A stretch of 42,220 nucleotides of DNA from Acidobacteriaceae bacterium (lineage in GTDB: Bacteria > Acidobacteriota > Terriglobia > Terriglobales > Acidobacteriaceae). This document shows positions 25,146 to 33,642 of the stretch, piece after piece. Under the pieces are notes generated by a model. The model made no database searches. It was not told where the DNA came from and worked only from the letters and a program-made list of their open reading frames with translations. Both the position numbers and the translations under genes were made by a program. Positions within the stretch are counted from its first letter, which is position 1, and every line of letters begins with the position of its first letter. The stretch spans positions 72,723 to 114,942 of the forward strand of contig PLUI01000225.1 of NCBI GenBank assembly GCA_003164855.1, read 5' to 3'.

Positions 25146-26069
25146 ATGGCTGAGGAAAATCCAAAGAACGGCAAAGTGGGGTTAGTCGACCGCGTTAAAG
25201 ACGATATTCAGGCGATGAAGGTCGATATTCCCGCGAAGGCGAAAGAGCAGATCGAGGGACTGAAGGATCCGACCAAGACCCAGGTCTATACATCGATCTT
25301 CCGCCACAAGCACGATGACACGCCGCGCAATCGCGCTTTGGGCGTGCTCTCCAACGTGTTCCTGCATCTGCATCCCGCCAAGATCAATCGCGATGCTGTG
25401 CGTTACAGCTACACCTGGGGCATGGGCGGGATTACGTTTTTCTTGTTCATCATTCTCACCTACACCGGCGTGCTGCTGATGTTTTATTACCATCCCAGCA
25501 AGGTACAGGCATTTCGCGACGTGCTTTATCTCGAACACGACGTGCCTTTCGGAAAGATTCTGCGCAACATGCATCGCTGGGCGGCCCACTTGATGGTGAT
25601 TGGCGTGTGGCTGCACATGTTCCGCGTGTTTCTGACCGGATCGTACAAGAAGCCCCGCGAATTTAATTGGAATATCGGGGTGCTCTTACTGGTGTTTACT
25701 CTATTGCTCTCGTTCACGGGTTATCTGTTGCCCGACGATCAGCTTGGATTCTGGGCGGTAACTGTAGGCACGAACATGGCGCGGGCCACACCGCTGCTTG
25801 GACATGAAGGTCCATTCGGATCGATGCTGGGCATGACGCCTTATAACGATGTGCGTTTCGGATTGCTGGGCGGCTCGATCGTGGACGCCAATGCTTTACT
25901 GCGCTCCTACATCTGGCACTGCATTGGAATTCCGATTGTGGCTTCGATTCTGATGATCGTCCATTTTTGGCGGGTGCGGAAGGACGGCGGAATTTCGGGT
26001 CCAGCGCCGGTGATGCTGGAGGCTGAGGCGGACAAGCCGCGCAGAGGACCGAAGGCGGCGGGAGAGTGA
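25146..26069 (+). CDS. Cytochrome b, N-terminal (b6-like) subunit
   Basis: Helix B RNMHRWAAHLMVIGVWLHMFRVFLTGSY, then FTGYLLPDDQLGFWAVTVGTN. Helix D WHCIGIPIVASILMIVHFWRVRKDGGISGP carries the haem-ligand His pairs and a b6-type C-terminus. Confidence 0.9.
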   Translation: MAEENPKNGKVGLVDRVKDDIQAMKVDIPAKAKEQIEGLKDPTKTQVYTSIFRHKHDDTPRNRALGVLSNVFLHLHPAKINRDAVRYSYTWGMGGITFFLFIILTYTGVLLMFYYHPSKVQAFRDVLYLEHDVPFGKILRNMHRWAAHLMVIGVWLHMFRVFLTGSYKKPREFNWNIGVLLLVFTLLLSFTGYLLPDDQLGFWAVTVGTNMARATPLLGHEGPFGSMLGMTPYNDVRFGLLGGSIVDANALLRSYIWHCIGIPIVASILMIVHFWRVRKDGGISGPAPVMLEAEADKPRRGPKAAGE

Positions 26070-26074
26070 GTAAC

Positions 26075-26164
26075 GAAGTCAGAATGAAGAAGTCAGAATG
26101 AAGAAGTCAGAATGCGAAAGTAAAACGAACGCACTTCTTCATTCTGATTTCTGACTTCTGCATT
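26075..26164. repeat. Tandem 14-bp repeat (GAAGTCAGAATGAA x ~2.9) plus its inverted copy; long interrupted hairpin inside the bc operon
   Basis: Repeat units at 26075-26088, 26089-26102 and 26103-26114. CAGAATGAAGAAGT (26094-26107) pairs perfectly over 14 bp with ACTTCTTCATTCTG (26133-26146). A further GAAGTCAGAA/TTCTGACTTC pairing lies outside that stem. Confidence 0.8.
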
Positions 26165-26198
26165 ATCTAATTTTAGCGACGGTATTTGAGAAGAAATT

Positions 26199-27128
26199 AT
26201 GGACTGGCGACAACTTTGGGAGATTTGCTCGGCTCCGGACAATGTGCCGATCGTAGGGCTCATCCCGCTGCTAGCCTTCTACATTTATTTGGCGTGGAAG
26301 CAGGCGCATGCCAACGACGTGTTGATCGAGCAACTGGAAGGCGACGCCGCGCTTGCCAAGACCCATCATCGCAAGACCTGGCCGTTCAAGCCCGGCTGGC
26401 AAAAGGAAGTTCACGTCTGGCCGTTCCTGCTGCGCATTGAATTTCTGGCCGCCATCATCGTCACCATCATTCTGATGGTGTGGTCGATCACGCTGAACGC
26501 TCCGCTCGAAGAGCCCGCCAATCCCAACTTGACTATGAATCCTGCGAAGGCTCCGTGGTATTTCCTCGGACTGCAGGAGATGCTCGTCTATTTCGATCCG
26601 TGGATCGCGGGCGTCGTCATGCCCACGATGATCATTATTGGCCTGATGGTGATTCCTTACATCGATACCAATCCGCTGGGCAGCGGGTATTACACGTGGA
26701 AGCAGCGCAAGTTTTCCATCGGGACATTTTTGTTCGGCTTCATCATTCTGTGGATCGCGATGATCATCATCGGAACATTTATTCGCGGACCTGGCTGGCA
26801 ATGGTTCTGGCCGGGGCAGACGTGGGATCACAACCGGCTGATCTATGAAGTGAACCGCGATTTGCCGGATATTTTTGGAATCACTTCGAACATGGCGAAG
26901 GCGATTTTCGGCGCGATCGTGGTGGGCGGGTACTACCTGCTCGGCGGATTTGTCGTGTATTCGCTATTCCGGCGATACATGGGGAAAGACTTCAAGCGCA
27001 TGAGTTTGCTGCAATTTGGCATCACGCAGTTCCTTTTGCTGACCATGGTGGCCTTGCCTCTAAAGATGGGGCTGCGGCTTTTGTGGCATATCAAATATGT
27101 GTGGATTACGCCCTGGTTCAATATTTGA
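26199..27128 (+). CDS. Cytochrome b C-terminal-domain / subunit-IV-like membrane protein (extended, ~6 TM)
   Basis: NPAKAPWYFLGLQEMLVYFDPW corresponds to the PEWY loop region of cytochrome b / PetD. About six hydrophobic helices. It sits immediately after the b6-like gene. Confidence 0.8.
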   Translation: MDWRQLWEICSAPDNVPIVGLIPLLAFYIYLAWKQAHANDVLIEQLEGDAALAKTHHRKTWPFKPGWQKEVHVWPFLLRIEFLAAIIVTIILMVWSITLNAPLEEPANPNLTMNPAKAPWYFLGLQEMLVYFDPWIAGVVMPTMIIIGLMVIPYIDTNPLGSGYYTWKQRKFSIGTFLFGFIILWIAMIIIGTFIRGPGWQWFWPGQTWDHNRLIYEVNRDLPDIFGITSNMAKAIFGAIVVGGYYLLGGFVVYSLFRRYMGKDFKRMSLLQFGITQFLLLTMVALPLKMGLRLLWHIKYVWITPWFNI

Positions 27129-27130
27129 GA

Positions 27131-27248
27131 GCGGTCTCAGGTCTTAGGTGTTAGGCCCGGGTGTGTTAGGCCCGAACCAATCCGCTCGGAGACCAAGCGA
27201 GATTTTCACTAAGACCTATGACCCGAGACCTAAGACCTAAGACCCGAG
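27131..27248. repeat. Word-repeat inverted repeat (GGTCTTAG / GTGTTAGGCCCG words) between the subunit-IV-like and octahaem genes
   Basis: GGTCTTAGGT (27140-27149) pairs perfectly with ACCTAAGACC (27228-27237). GTGTTAGGCCCG is directly repeated at 27148-27159 and 27163-27174. TAAGACC/GACCCGAG words repeat in the 3' arm. Confidence 0.7.
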
Positions 27249-27263
27249 TTTCCGGAGGAAGCG

Positions 27264-30200
27264 GTGCCTGAGAAACCCAACCTCGAGCAGGACCCGATCA
27301 CAAGCAAGTCGTATGCCGCGTATTATCTGATCGCGACGGTGATTTTGATGGCGACGTTGTTCTGGGCCTTGTGGGATGAGGCGTGGGGCCAGCGTCCGTG
27401 GAAGGCTTTCCAGGAGCAGTGGAAAGACCGCTACAGCGCGTTTCTGAATAACACGCGCTCCGGTTCGACGAAATCAGAAAATGGTGTGGAACAGAATCCG
27501 GATTACGTTGCCCTCAAGCGGGCCTACGAGAAAACTTATCAGGATTCGAAGGCGCAGGCGGATGAAGCGCGCAAGAAGCTCGACGACGCCAGCGCGCGGC
27601 TGCTTGCGGTGCAGAGTGTGTTCACCGACCGGCGCGCCTACGTAAATGCGCTTACTTACGAACTGGAAACGAGCACGAGCGCGTCCGCGAAGGCCAGCAA
27701 GCAGAAGGAAATCGATAAATATAAGAACGAACAGGCAACGGTCGAGTATCCCGACGGCAGCAAACAGAAATACACGTTCCCGCAGCTCGAAGAAAAGTAC
27801 AACGAGATTCGCGACGAGCGCACCAAGCTAAGTCTCGAACTCGGCGACGTGCTGAAGCCCGTCACCGCGGCGAAGGCGAAGATGGATGAATATATCTCGG
27901 ATCACATGGTCGACCTCACGCCGCAGCAGATTGACGGATTGAAACGCCGTGCCACCGAATGGGTTCCTGCCATTGTGCAGATCAACGTCGCCGATGCCAA
28001 TATCGTCGACCGCTGCGAGTCCTGCCACATGAACGCGCGTGAGCCTTTGAAAATCACTCCGGCGGCGATGATGTCCAAGGGTGAGAAGAGGCCCGACGAA
28101 TATGCCGAAGCTTTCGGCAGCCATCCCCAGCCCGAGTTACTGGCGATTCACGATCCTGAGAAATTCGGCTGTTCCCCCTGCCACCAGGGCAACGGACGCG
28201 CCACCACTAGCGTTGAGAAGGCGCACGGAAACTACGAGCACTGGCTGTGGCCACTGTTTCCCAAGGAAAATTCGGAAGCGGGTTGCCAGAATTGCCATGC
28301 GGCCGACATGGAGCTGGCCAGCGGCGATGTGCAGTGGCAAACTATTAACGGCGGCAAAGACCTCTTCCGCCAGCGCGGTTGCATGGGCTGCCATCGCTAC
28401 GAAGGTTACGACAAGGAGCCCGAAGATCTGAATGCGATCGGCCAGCAGATCAAGCAGATCGAGACGCAGAAGAGAGACAATTTGAAGCAGACCGCGTTCC
28501 TGATGAAGGAGGCGGATGCGGCGGCTTCGAACGAGGACGCGAATCGGCTGAACGGTAAGGCGGTTGACTTGAGAGTGGCGAACAGCAAGCTGGACGGGCG
28601 TTTGCAGCAACTCGACTATCAGTCGCACAGCCTGATGCAGGACATGAAGAAGGTCGGGCCGAATTTGAAGGATGTGCGGCTGAAGCTGAACCGGAACTGG
28701 ATTCCGGTCTGGCTGAAAAAGCCTACCGATTTTCGACCCACGACAAAGATGCCTAATTTCCGGCTGAATGATCGTCAGATCCAGGCGATTTCGGCGTATA
28801 TATGGCAGTCGGGATTCACCGATCCGCTTCCCAAACGCAAGCCGGGCAATGCTGCGCATGGAAAAGAATTGTTCGAAACGCGTGGGTGTCTGGCCTGCCA
28901 CTCGATTGGTGAAGGCGATCAGCTGCAGGGCGGAACGTTTGCCGCGAATCTGTCGCGCGTCGGTGAGAAAGCAAATTACGATTACCTGGTTCGCTGGATT
29001 CATAATGCGCGAGAGCGCACGCGACCCTATTGTCCGTACGAGAAGAAGGACATCGGCCCTGAAGATTACGCGAAGAAGGGATTGCCCTATCAGTTTGATC
29101 CCGACCACAGCCAGTGTCCGAATGACGGGCACGAACTGCAAGTGCAGAACATGACGGTGATGCCCAGCCTGCGGCTCGCTCCAGAGGATGCGGAAGACAT
29201 CGCAACCTATCTGATGACGCAGAAGAAGCGGGAGCCGTCATCGTATCCGGATGCTTCGTTCATGGATGACCCGAAGCTGAAGGCCGAGGGCGAAAAGTGG
29301 GTCCGGCACTATGGCTGCTCCGGATGCCATGAGATCGCGGGCTTTGAAGACGAAGGACGCATCGGCACCGAGCTTACGTTCGAGGGCAGCAAGCCGATCG
29401 AGCGTCTCGACTTCGCATTGTTCACCACGACTGCGGAGCGCGGGGGCAAGGATGCAGAGCCGATCAAAGACAAAGAAGATCTCGCCCGCTTGCCCGACGG
29501 TCCGGCGACGGAGCCATGGTACGACCACAAAGGATTCTTCGAACACAAACTGGCTGAGCCCAACATTTATGATCAAGGCAAAGTAAAGAGCGAGACCGAG
29601 GCGCTGCGCATGCCCAACATGCACCTGACCAAGGATCAGGTGCTTGATCTCACAACCTTCCTAATGGGAAGCGAAGAGACTTCCCTGCCCGCAAGTTATC
29701 AATACAAGCCGGGCGACGCCCGGCACGACATTCAAGAGGGTTGGTGGATCGTCAAGAAATACAACTGCATGGGCTGCCACCAGTTTATCCCCGGCCAGCA
29801 AACCATCCTGATGGGATTGAAGCAGTATCAAGACATTCAGGAGCAACTCCCGCCCAAGCTCTTAACCGAGGGCGCGCGCGTCGATCCGGAATGGCTGCGC
29901 AAGTTCTTGTCGAATCCAGCGTTGAGCACAACCGACACGAATCGCAATGGCATACGGCCTTATTTGAAGGTGAGAATGCCGACGTTCTCGTTCTCCGACA
30001 ACGAACTGCGTAAGCTGGTACGTTTCTTCCAGGCGCTGTCGCAGCAACCGATGCCCTACATTCCGGAGCAGGTGCCGGTGCTGACAACAAAAGAAACGGA
30101 CATGGCGCGGAGCCTGTTTTCGAGCAGCGCCGCTCCGTGTTTGAAGTGCCATGCCACGGGTGATCCGGCGCACGACAAGATCGCTACCGCTCCCAACTTC

Positions 30201-30533
30201 CTGCTGGCGAAAGAGCGACTGAAGCCGGACTGGGTTGAGCGCTGGATCACCGACCCGCAGGCAGTGAGTCCGGGAACGTCGATGCCTTCCGGCTTGTTTA
30301 AGCAGGAGAATAATCAGTGGGTATTTGCCGGGCCAACGCCGCCGTCGTTCCAGGGCTACGAGGGAGATCATCGGAAACTGCTGACCGACTACATCTTCCA
30401 GCTGACCCCGGAGGAACAGCGGAAAGTAGCGGCGTCCATGCCACATGCGAAGTCGGCGGGTCTCCACCCTTCCAGCGATCGCAAGCAGGCTGCTGCTCGC
30501 TCGCATGCAACAGTCAGCGGTGGTTCGCGGTAA
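27264..30533 (+). CDS. Membrane-anchored octahaem c-type cytochrome (1089 aa)
   Basis: Eight CxxCH motifs: C251ESCH, C303SPCH, C341QNCH, C373MGCH, C542LACH, C685SGCH, C835MGCH, C959LKCH. N-terminal TM YAAYYLIATVILMATLFWALW. GTG start preceded by GGAGGA. Confidence 0.9.
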   Translation: MPEKPNLEQDPITSKSYAAYYLIATVILMATLFWALWDEAWGQRPWKAFQEQWKDRYSAFLNNTRSGSTKSENGVEQNPDYVALKRAYEKTYQDSKAQADEARKKLDDASARLLAVQSVFTDRRAYVNALTYELETSTSASAKASKQKEIDKYKNEQATVEYPDGSKQKYTFPQLEEKYNEIRDERTKLSLELGDVLKPVTAAKAKMDEYISDHMVDLTPQQIDGLKRRATEWVPAIVQINVADANIVDRCESCHMNAREPLKITPAAMMSKGEKRPDEYAEAFGSHPQPELLAIHDPEKFGCSPCHQGNGRATTSVEKAHGNYEHWLWPLFPKENSEAGCQNCHAADMELASGDVQWQTINGGKDLFRQRGCMGCHRYEGYDKEPEDLNAIGQQIKQIETQKRDNLKQTAFLMKEADAAASNEDANRLNGKAVDLRVANSKLDGRLQQLDYQSHSLMQDMKKVGPNLKDVRLKLNRNWIPVWLKKPTDFRPTTKMPNFRLNDRQIQAISAYIWQSGFTDPLPKRKPGNAAHGKELFETRGCLACHSIGEGDQLQGGTFAANLSRVGEKANYDYLVRWIHNARERTRPYCPYEKKDIGPEDYAKKGLPYQFDPDHSQCPNDGHELQVQNMTVMPSLRLAPEDAEDIATYLMTQKKREPSSYPDASFMDDPKLKAEGEKWVRHYGCSGCHEIAGFEDEGRIGTELTFEGSKPIERLDFALFTTTAERGGKDAEPIKDKEDLARLPDGPATEPWYDHKGFFEHKLAEPNIYDQGKVKSETEALRMPNMHLTKDQVLDLTTFLMGSEETSLPASYQYKPGDARHDIQEGWWIVKKYNCMGCHQFIPGQQTILMGLKQYQDIQEQLPPKLLTEGARVDPEWLRKFLSNPALSTTDTNRNGIRPYLKVRMPTFSFSDNELRKLVRFFQALSQQPMPYIPEQVPVLTTKETDMARSLFSSSAAPCLKCHATGDPAHDKIATAPNFLLAKERLKPDWVERWITDPQAVSPGTSMPSGLFKQENNQWVFAGPTPPSFQGYEGDHRKLLTDYIFQLTPEEQRKVAASMPHAKSAGLHPSSDRKQAAARSHATVSGGSR

Positions 30534-30604
30534 AATGTCCAGTTTGGTGAAGGCATCGAAAGAAAAATTCCCAATAATTCAACGACTGAAGAGAGGACGA
30601 CATC

Positions 30605-31399
30605 ATGAATAAGAAAACAGGTTGGAGGATATCGGTCAGCGCGCTGGCCCTGTGCGGTTTGCTGCTGACTGCGGCTTGCAACAAAAAGGAAAATACGGAG
30701 CAATCGAGCAACACCATGTCTCAGCCAGCAGCCACCGCCCCAGCCGCGACCCCGATTGATCCTGCAACGGTGGCGACCGTAAATGGGACGGTAAAGTTTG
30801 ACGGCACGGCGCCGAAGCAAGCCAAGATCGACATGAGCCAGGATCCGGCCTGTAAAGGTATGAACGAAGCCGAGAACGTGGTAGTGGATGGCGGAGATCT
30901 CGCCAACGTATTCGTCTATGTCAAAGATGGCTTGGGCAGCCGCACCTTCGACGTACCTGCGATTCCCGTTGTCCTCGACCAGAGCGGCTGCAAGTATCAT
31001 CCGCACGTGCTGGGCGTAATGGCGGGGCAGACTGTGCAGATCAAGAATGACGACCAGACGACGCACAACATCCATCCCACACCAAAAGACAATCGCGAGT
31101 GGAACGAGTCGCAGCCACCGTCATCGCCTGCGATCGAAAAGAATTTCGCCCGCGAAGAGATTATGCTGCCGGTGAAGTGTAACCAGCATCCCTGGATGAA
31201 GATGTACATCAACGTGGTAAAGAATCCGTTCTACGCGGTCACCGATAAGAGCGGGAAATATGAAATCAAAGGCCTGCCGCCGGGAGATTACACCATCGCC
31301 TTCGTGCAGGAGAAACTGGGCGAGCAGGACCAAAAAGTCACGGTTGGGCCGAAAGAAACCAAGACCGTCGACCAGAGCTTTAAGGCTGGCGGCGAGTAA
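30605..31399 (+). CDS. Lipoprotein with amicyanin-like type-1 copper (cupredoxin) domain and C-terminal CarboxypepD_reg-like beta-sandwich
   Basis: Lipobox LLLTAAC. GQTVQIKNDDQTTHNIH plus CNQHPWM reproduces the amicyanin ligand pattern (..HN.H.. and C-x-x-H-P-x-M). The C-terminal GKYEIKGLPPGDYTIAFVQE is typical of the regulatory-like beta-sandwich. Confidence 0.75.
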   Translation: MNKKTGWRISVSALALCGLLLTAACNKKENTEQSSNTMSQPAATAPAATPIDPATVATVNGTVKFDGTAPKQAKIDMSQDPACKGMNEAENVVVDGGDLANVFVYVKDGLGSRTFDVPAIPVVLDQSGCKYHPHVLGVMAGQTVQIKNDDQTTHNIHPTPKDNREWNESQPPSSPAIEKNFAREEIMLPVKCNQHPWMKMYINVVKNPFYAVTDKSGKYEIKGLPPGDYTIAFVQEKLGEQDQKVTVGPKETKTVDQSFKAGGE

Positions 31400-31603
31400 G
31401 CTCTGCGCTCGTAACTGTTGTCAGGTTTTGTTGCTTGTGCTTCGAAGCTAGTCTGCTAAAATCTGCGTTTGGAGTAGCGGGCCGGGCCCAGCGGCGCGGT
31501 CCGCACTGTTCAAAGCGGGGATTTTTTTCTTCCTGCTGACCCAAGGGGAAACACGCTGAAAGCCATTCCGGCAAAATACAACGGTGCCCATCACGCCTTC
31601 GCA

Positions 31604-32494
31604 GTGTTCACCGCGTGCGCGGCATTCGCGGTGATCACGGCGGGCGCGCTGGTCACCAGCAACGATGCGGGACTCTCGGTGCCTGACTGGCCCACGTCGT
31701 TCGGCTACCTGGTGAAGATTCCCCACTTTGTGGGCGGCGTGCGCTATGAATGGAGTCACCGCATGGTGGCTGGCACTCTGGTAACGCTCACCCTGGCAAT
31801 CGCCATGTGGACGTTGCTGGTGGAGCGGCGGCGCTGGATGCGCTGGCTGGCGGTTGCAGCCTTCTGCACCGTCATCGTGCAGGCGATTCTCGGCGGCCTT
31901 ACAGTCTTGTTATTCCAGCCGCCCGCGGTTTCCACGGCGCACGCAACCGTGGCTCAAACATTTTTCTGCATCGCCGTTGCCATCGCGCTGTTCACGGGAC
32001 GCAGGTGGGTGGAAGAGCAACCCCGAGTGGAGTTTGACTCGCGCCGCCCCAGCCTGGTCACGCTTACACTGCTTTCGATCTTCGTGCTTTACGTACAGCT
32101 TGTCCTGGGCGGAATGTTTCGTCATCACGGAATGAGTTGGTGGCCACATGTGGTAAATGCGGTGATCGTAGCGTTCGTGCTGGCCTGGACCGCGATACGG
32201 GCGATCTCAGTCTATTCGCGCATTGAGGCGGTGCGGCGGCCAGCCATCGTCATGATTTCGCTTCTGATCACGCAGCTCTGCCTGGGCTTCACGGCATTCT
32301 TGACGCGTGTGGCCTGGGGGAGGGATACGGCGCAACCGGAGTTGCCCATGGTGGCATCGACGGTAGCGCACGTCGCGGTGGGAGCGCTGCTGCTCGCGAC
32401 TACGGTAGTTCTCGCGATTCAAGTGTGGCGGCACGTCCCGGTGGCCTTCGAACCACGCGTGCCTGGGGCGCAACAGGACGCCTCGGCGGCGTGA
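31604..32494 (+). CDS. ctaA: Haem A synthase (COX15/CtaA family, variant without the paired Cys loops)
   Basis: ALVTSNDAGLSVPDWPTSFG opening motif and 8 TM helices with conserved His (EWSHRMVA, HATVAQTF, FRHHGMSWW, AHVAVGALL). GTG start at 31604; an upstream non-canonical start cannot be excluded. Confidence 0.85.
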   Translation: MFTACAAFAVITAGALVTSNDAGLSVPDWPTSFGYLVKIPHFVGGVRYEWSHRMVAGTLVTLTLAIAMWTLLVERRRWMRWLAVAAFCTVIVQAILGGLTVLLFQPPAVSTAHATVAQTFFCIAVAIALFTGRRWVEEQPRVEFDSRRPSLVTLTLLSIFVLYVQLVLGGMFRHHGMSWWPHVVNAVIVAFVLAWTAIRAISVYSRIEAVRRPAIVMISLLITQLCLGFTAFLTRVAWGRDTAQPELPMVASTVAHVAVGALLLATTVVLAIQVWRHVPVAFEPRVPGAQQDASAA

Positions 32495-32600
32495 CCGCAG
32501 GAGGAACTCGCTCGGCAGTTATTTGCTGCTTTTATTTCATTTCCACCGTGTTCTACAGCGTATCGTCGTAAACTAATAATGGGTTCATCCTAGGACACTC

Positions 32601-33632
32601 TTGGCAGCTAAAGTTTCTGCATTCACCGATACCGTCTCGGAAGTAGCTTCGTCTTCCGCTGCTGCTGTGATTTCCGTGCAGAACCTGGTGCACCGTTATG
32701 AGAACCGCACGGCTCTGAATGGAGTCTCATTCGATGTACGGCCGGCGGAGTTGTTCGGACTGCTCGGTCCAAACGGGAGTGGGAAGACTACGCTGTTTCG
32801 GATTCTTTCCACGTTGATGATTCCGAGCGCGGGGCGCGCGATTATCATGGGCTGCGATGCGGCGCAGGAACCGGCGCGCCTGCGAAGGCAAATCGGAGTG
32901 GTTTTTCAGGCGCAGAGCGTCGACCTTAAACTCACTGCTTATGAGAATCTCTGGCATCAGGGACATCTCTACGGGCTGCGCGGGGCGGCGCTGAAGAGGC
33001 GCATCCACGAAATCCTGTCGCGGGTTGGCTTGGCAGATCGTGCCAGGGAACTGGTTGAAACTTTCTCTGGCGGGATGCAGCGCCGCATCGAGTTGGCCAA
33101 GGGACTGCTTCATCATCCTGGCGTTCTGCTGCTCGATGAGCCGACCACCGGCCTCGATCCTGGGGCGCGGCGCGATCTCTGGCAGTATCTACAAATGTTG
33201 CGCGATGAAGAGCACGTTTCCGTGCTGGTGACGACGCACTTGATGGAGGAGGCTGAACGCTGCGACCGGCTGGCGATCATGAATGAAGGAAACCTGGTGG
33301 CCTTGGGAACGCCCGCGGAATTGAAGAGCGAGATTGGCGGCGACGTAGTGCTGTTCGAAGCTGCTAAAGATGCGGGTCTGCTGGCCGAGCACATCCGGAG
33401 CCGGTTTCACGTGGATACTACCGTTCTGGAAAACCAAGTTCGCATCGAACACGAAGGCGCGCACCGCTTCGTCACGGAGGTGGTCGAGGCATTCCCCGGA
33501 GAGATCGAGGCGCTCTCCATCAGCAAGCCTGCGCTTGAGGACGTATTCATTCGCCGCACGGGACACAAATTCTGGAGTGAGAAGGACGACGCAGAAGAAG
33601 CGCAATCCGCTTCTAAAGGTCACAGGAGGTAA
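32601..33632 (+). CDS. ABC transporter ATP-binding protein (ABC-2/DrrA-NosF-like)
   Basis: Walker A GPNGSGKTT, Q-loop, signature FSGGMQRRIELAK, Walker B LLLDEPTTGLD, H-loop TTHLMEEA. TTG start. Confidence 0.9.
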   Translation: MAAKVSAFTDTVSEVASSSAAAVISVQNLVHRYENRTALNGVSFDVRPAELFGLLGPNGSGKTTLFRILSTLMIPSAGRAIIMGCDAAQEPARLRRQIGVVFQAQSVDLKLTAYENLWHQGHLYGLRGAALKRRIHEILSRVGLADRARELVETFSGGMQRRIELAKGLLHHPGVLLLDEPTTGLDPGARRDLWQYLQMLRDEEHVSVLVTTHLMEEAERCDRLAIMNEGNLVALGTPAELKSEIGGDVVLFEAAKDAGLLAEHIRSRFHVDTTVLENQVRIEHEGAHRFVTEVVEAFPGEIEALSISKPALEDVFIRRTGHKFWSEKDDAEEAQSASKGHRR

Positions 33633-33642
33633 TGTGCTTTCT

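Noticed and set aside
26075-26114. Possible CRISPR or minisatellite: a 14-bp unit repeated about three times
   Set aside because: The units are contiguous with no spacers and only 14 bp long. They are mirrored by an inverted copy 20 nt downstream. This is a hairpin element, not a CRISPR array, and no cas genes are in the window.
28137-29141. 334-aa minus-strand ORF, plus 29862..30506 (214 aa) and 29238..29624, inside the octahaem gene
   Set aside because: They are antisense to a frame carrying eight CxxCH motifs and regular class-I domain patterns. No motifs of their own, so they are shadow ORFs.
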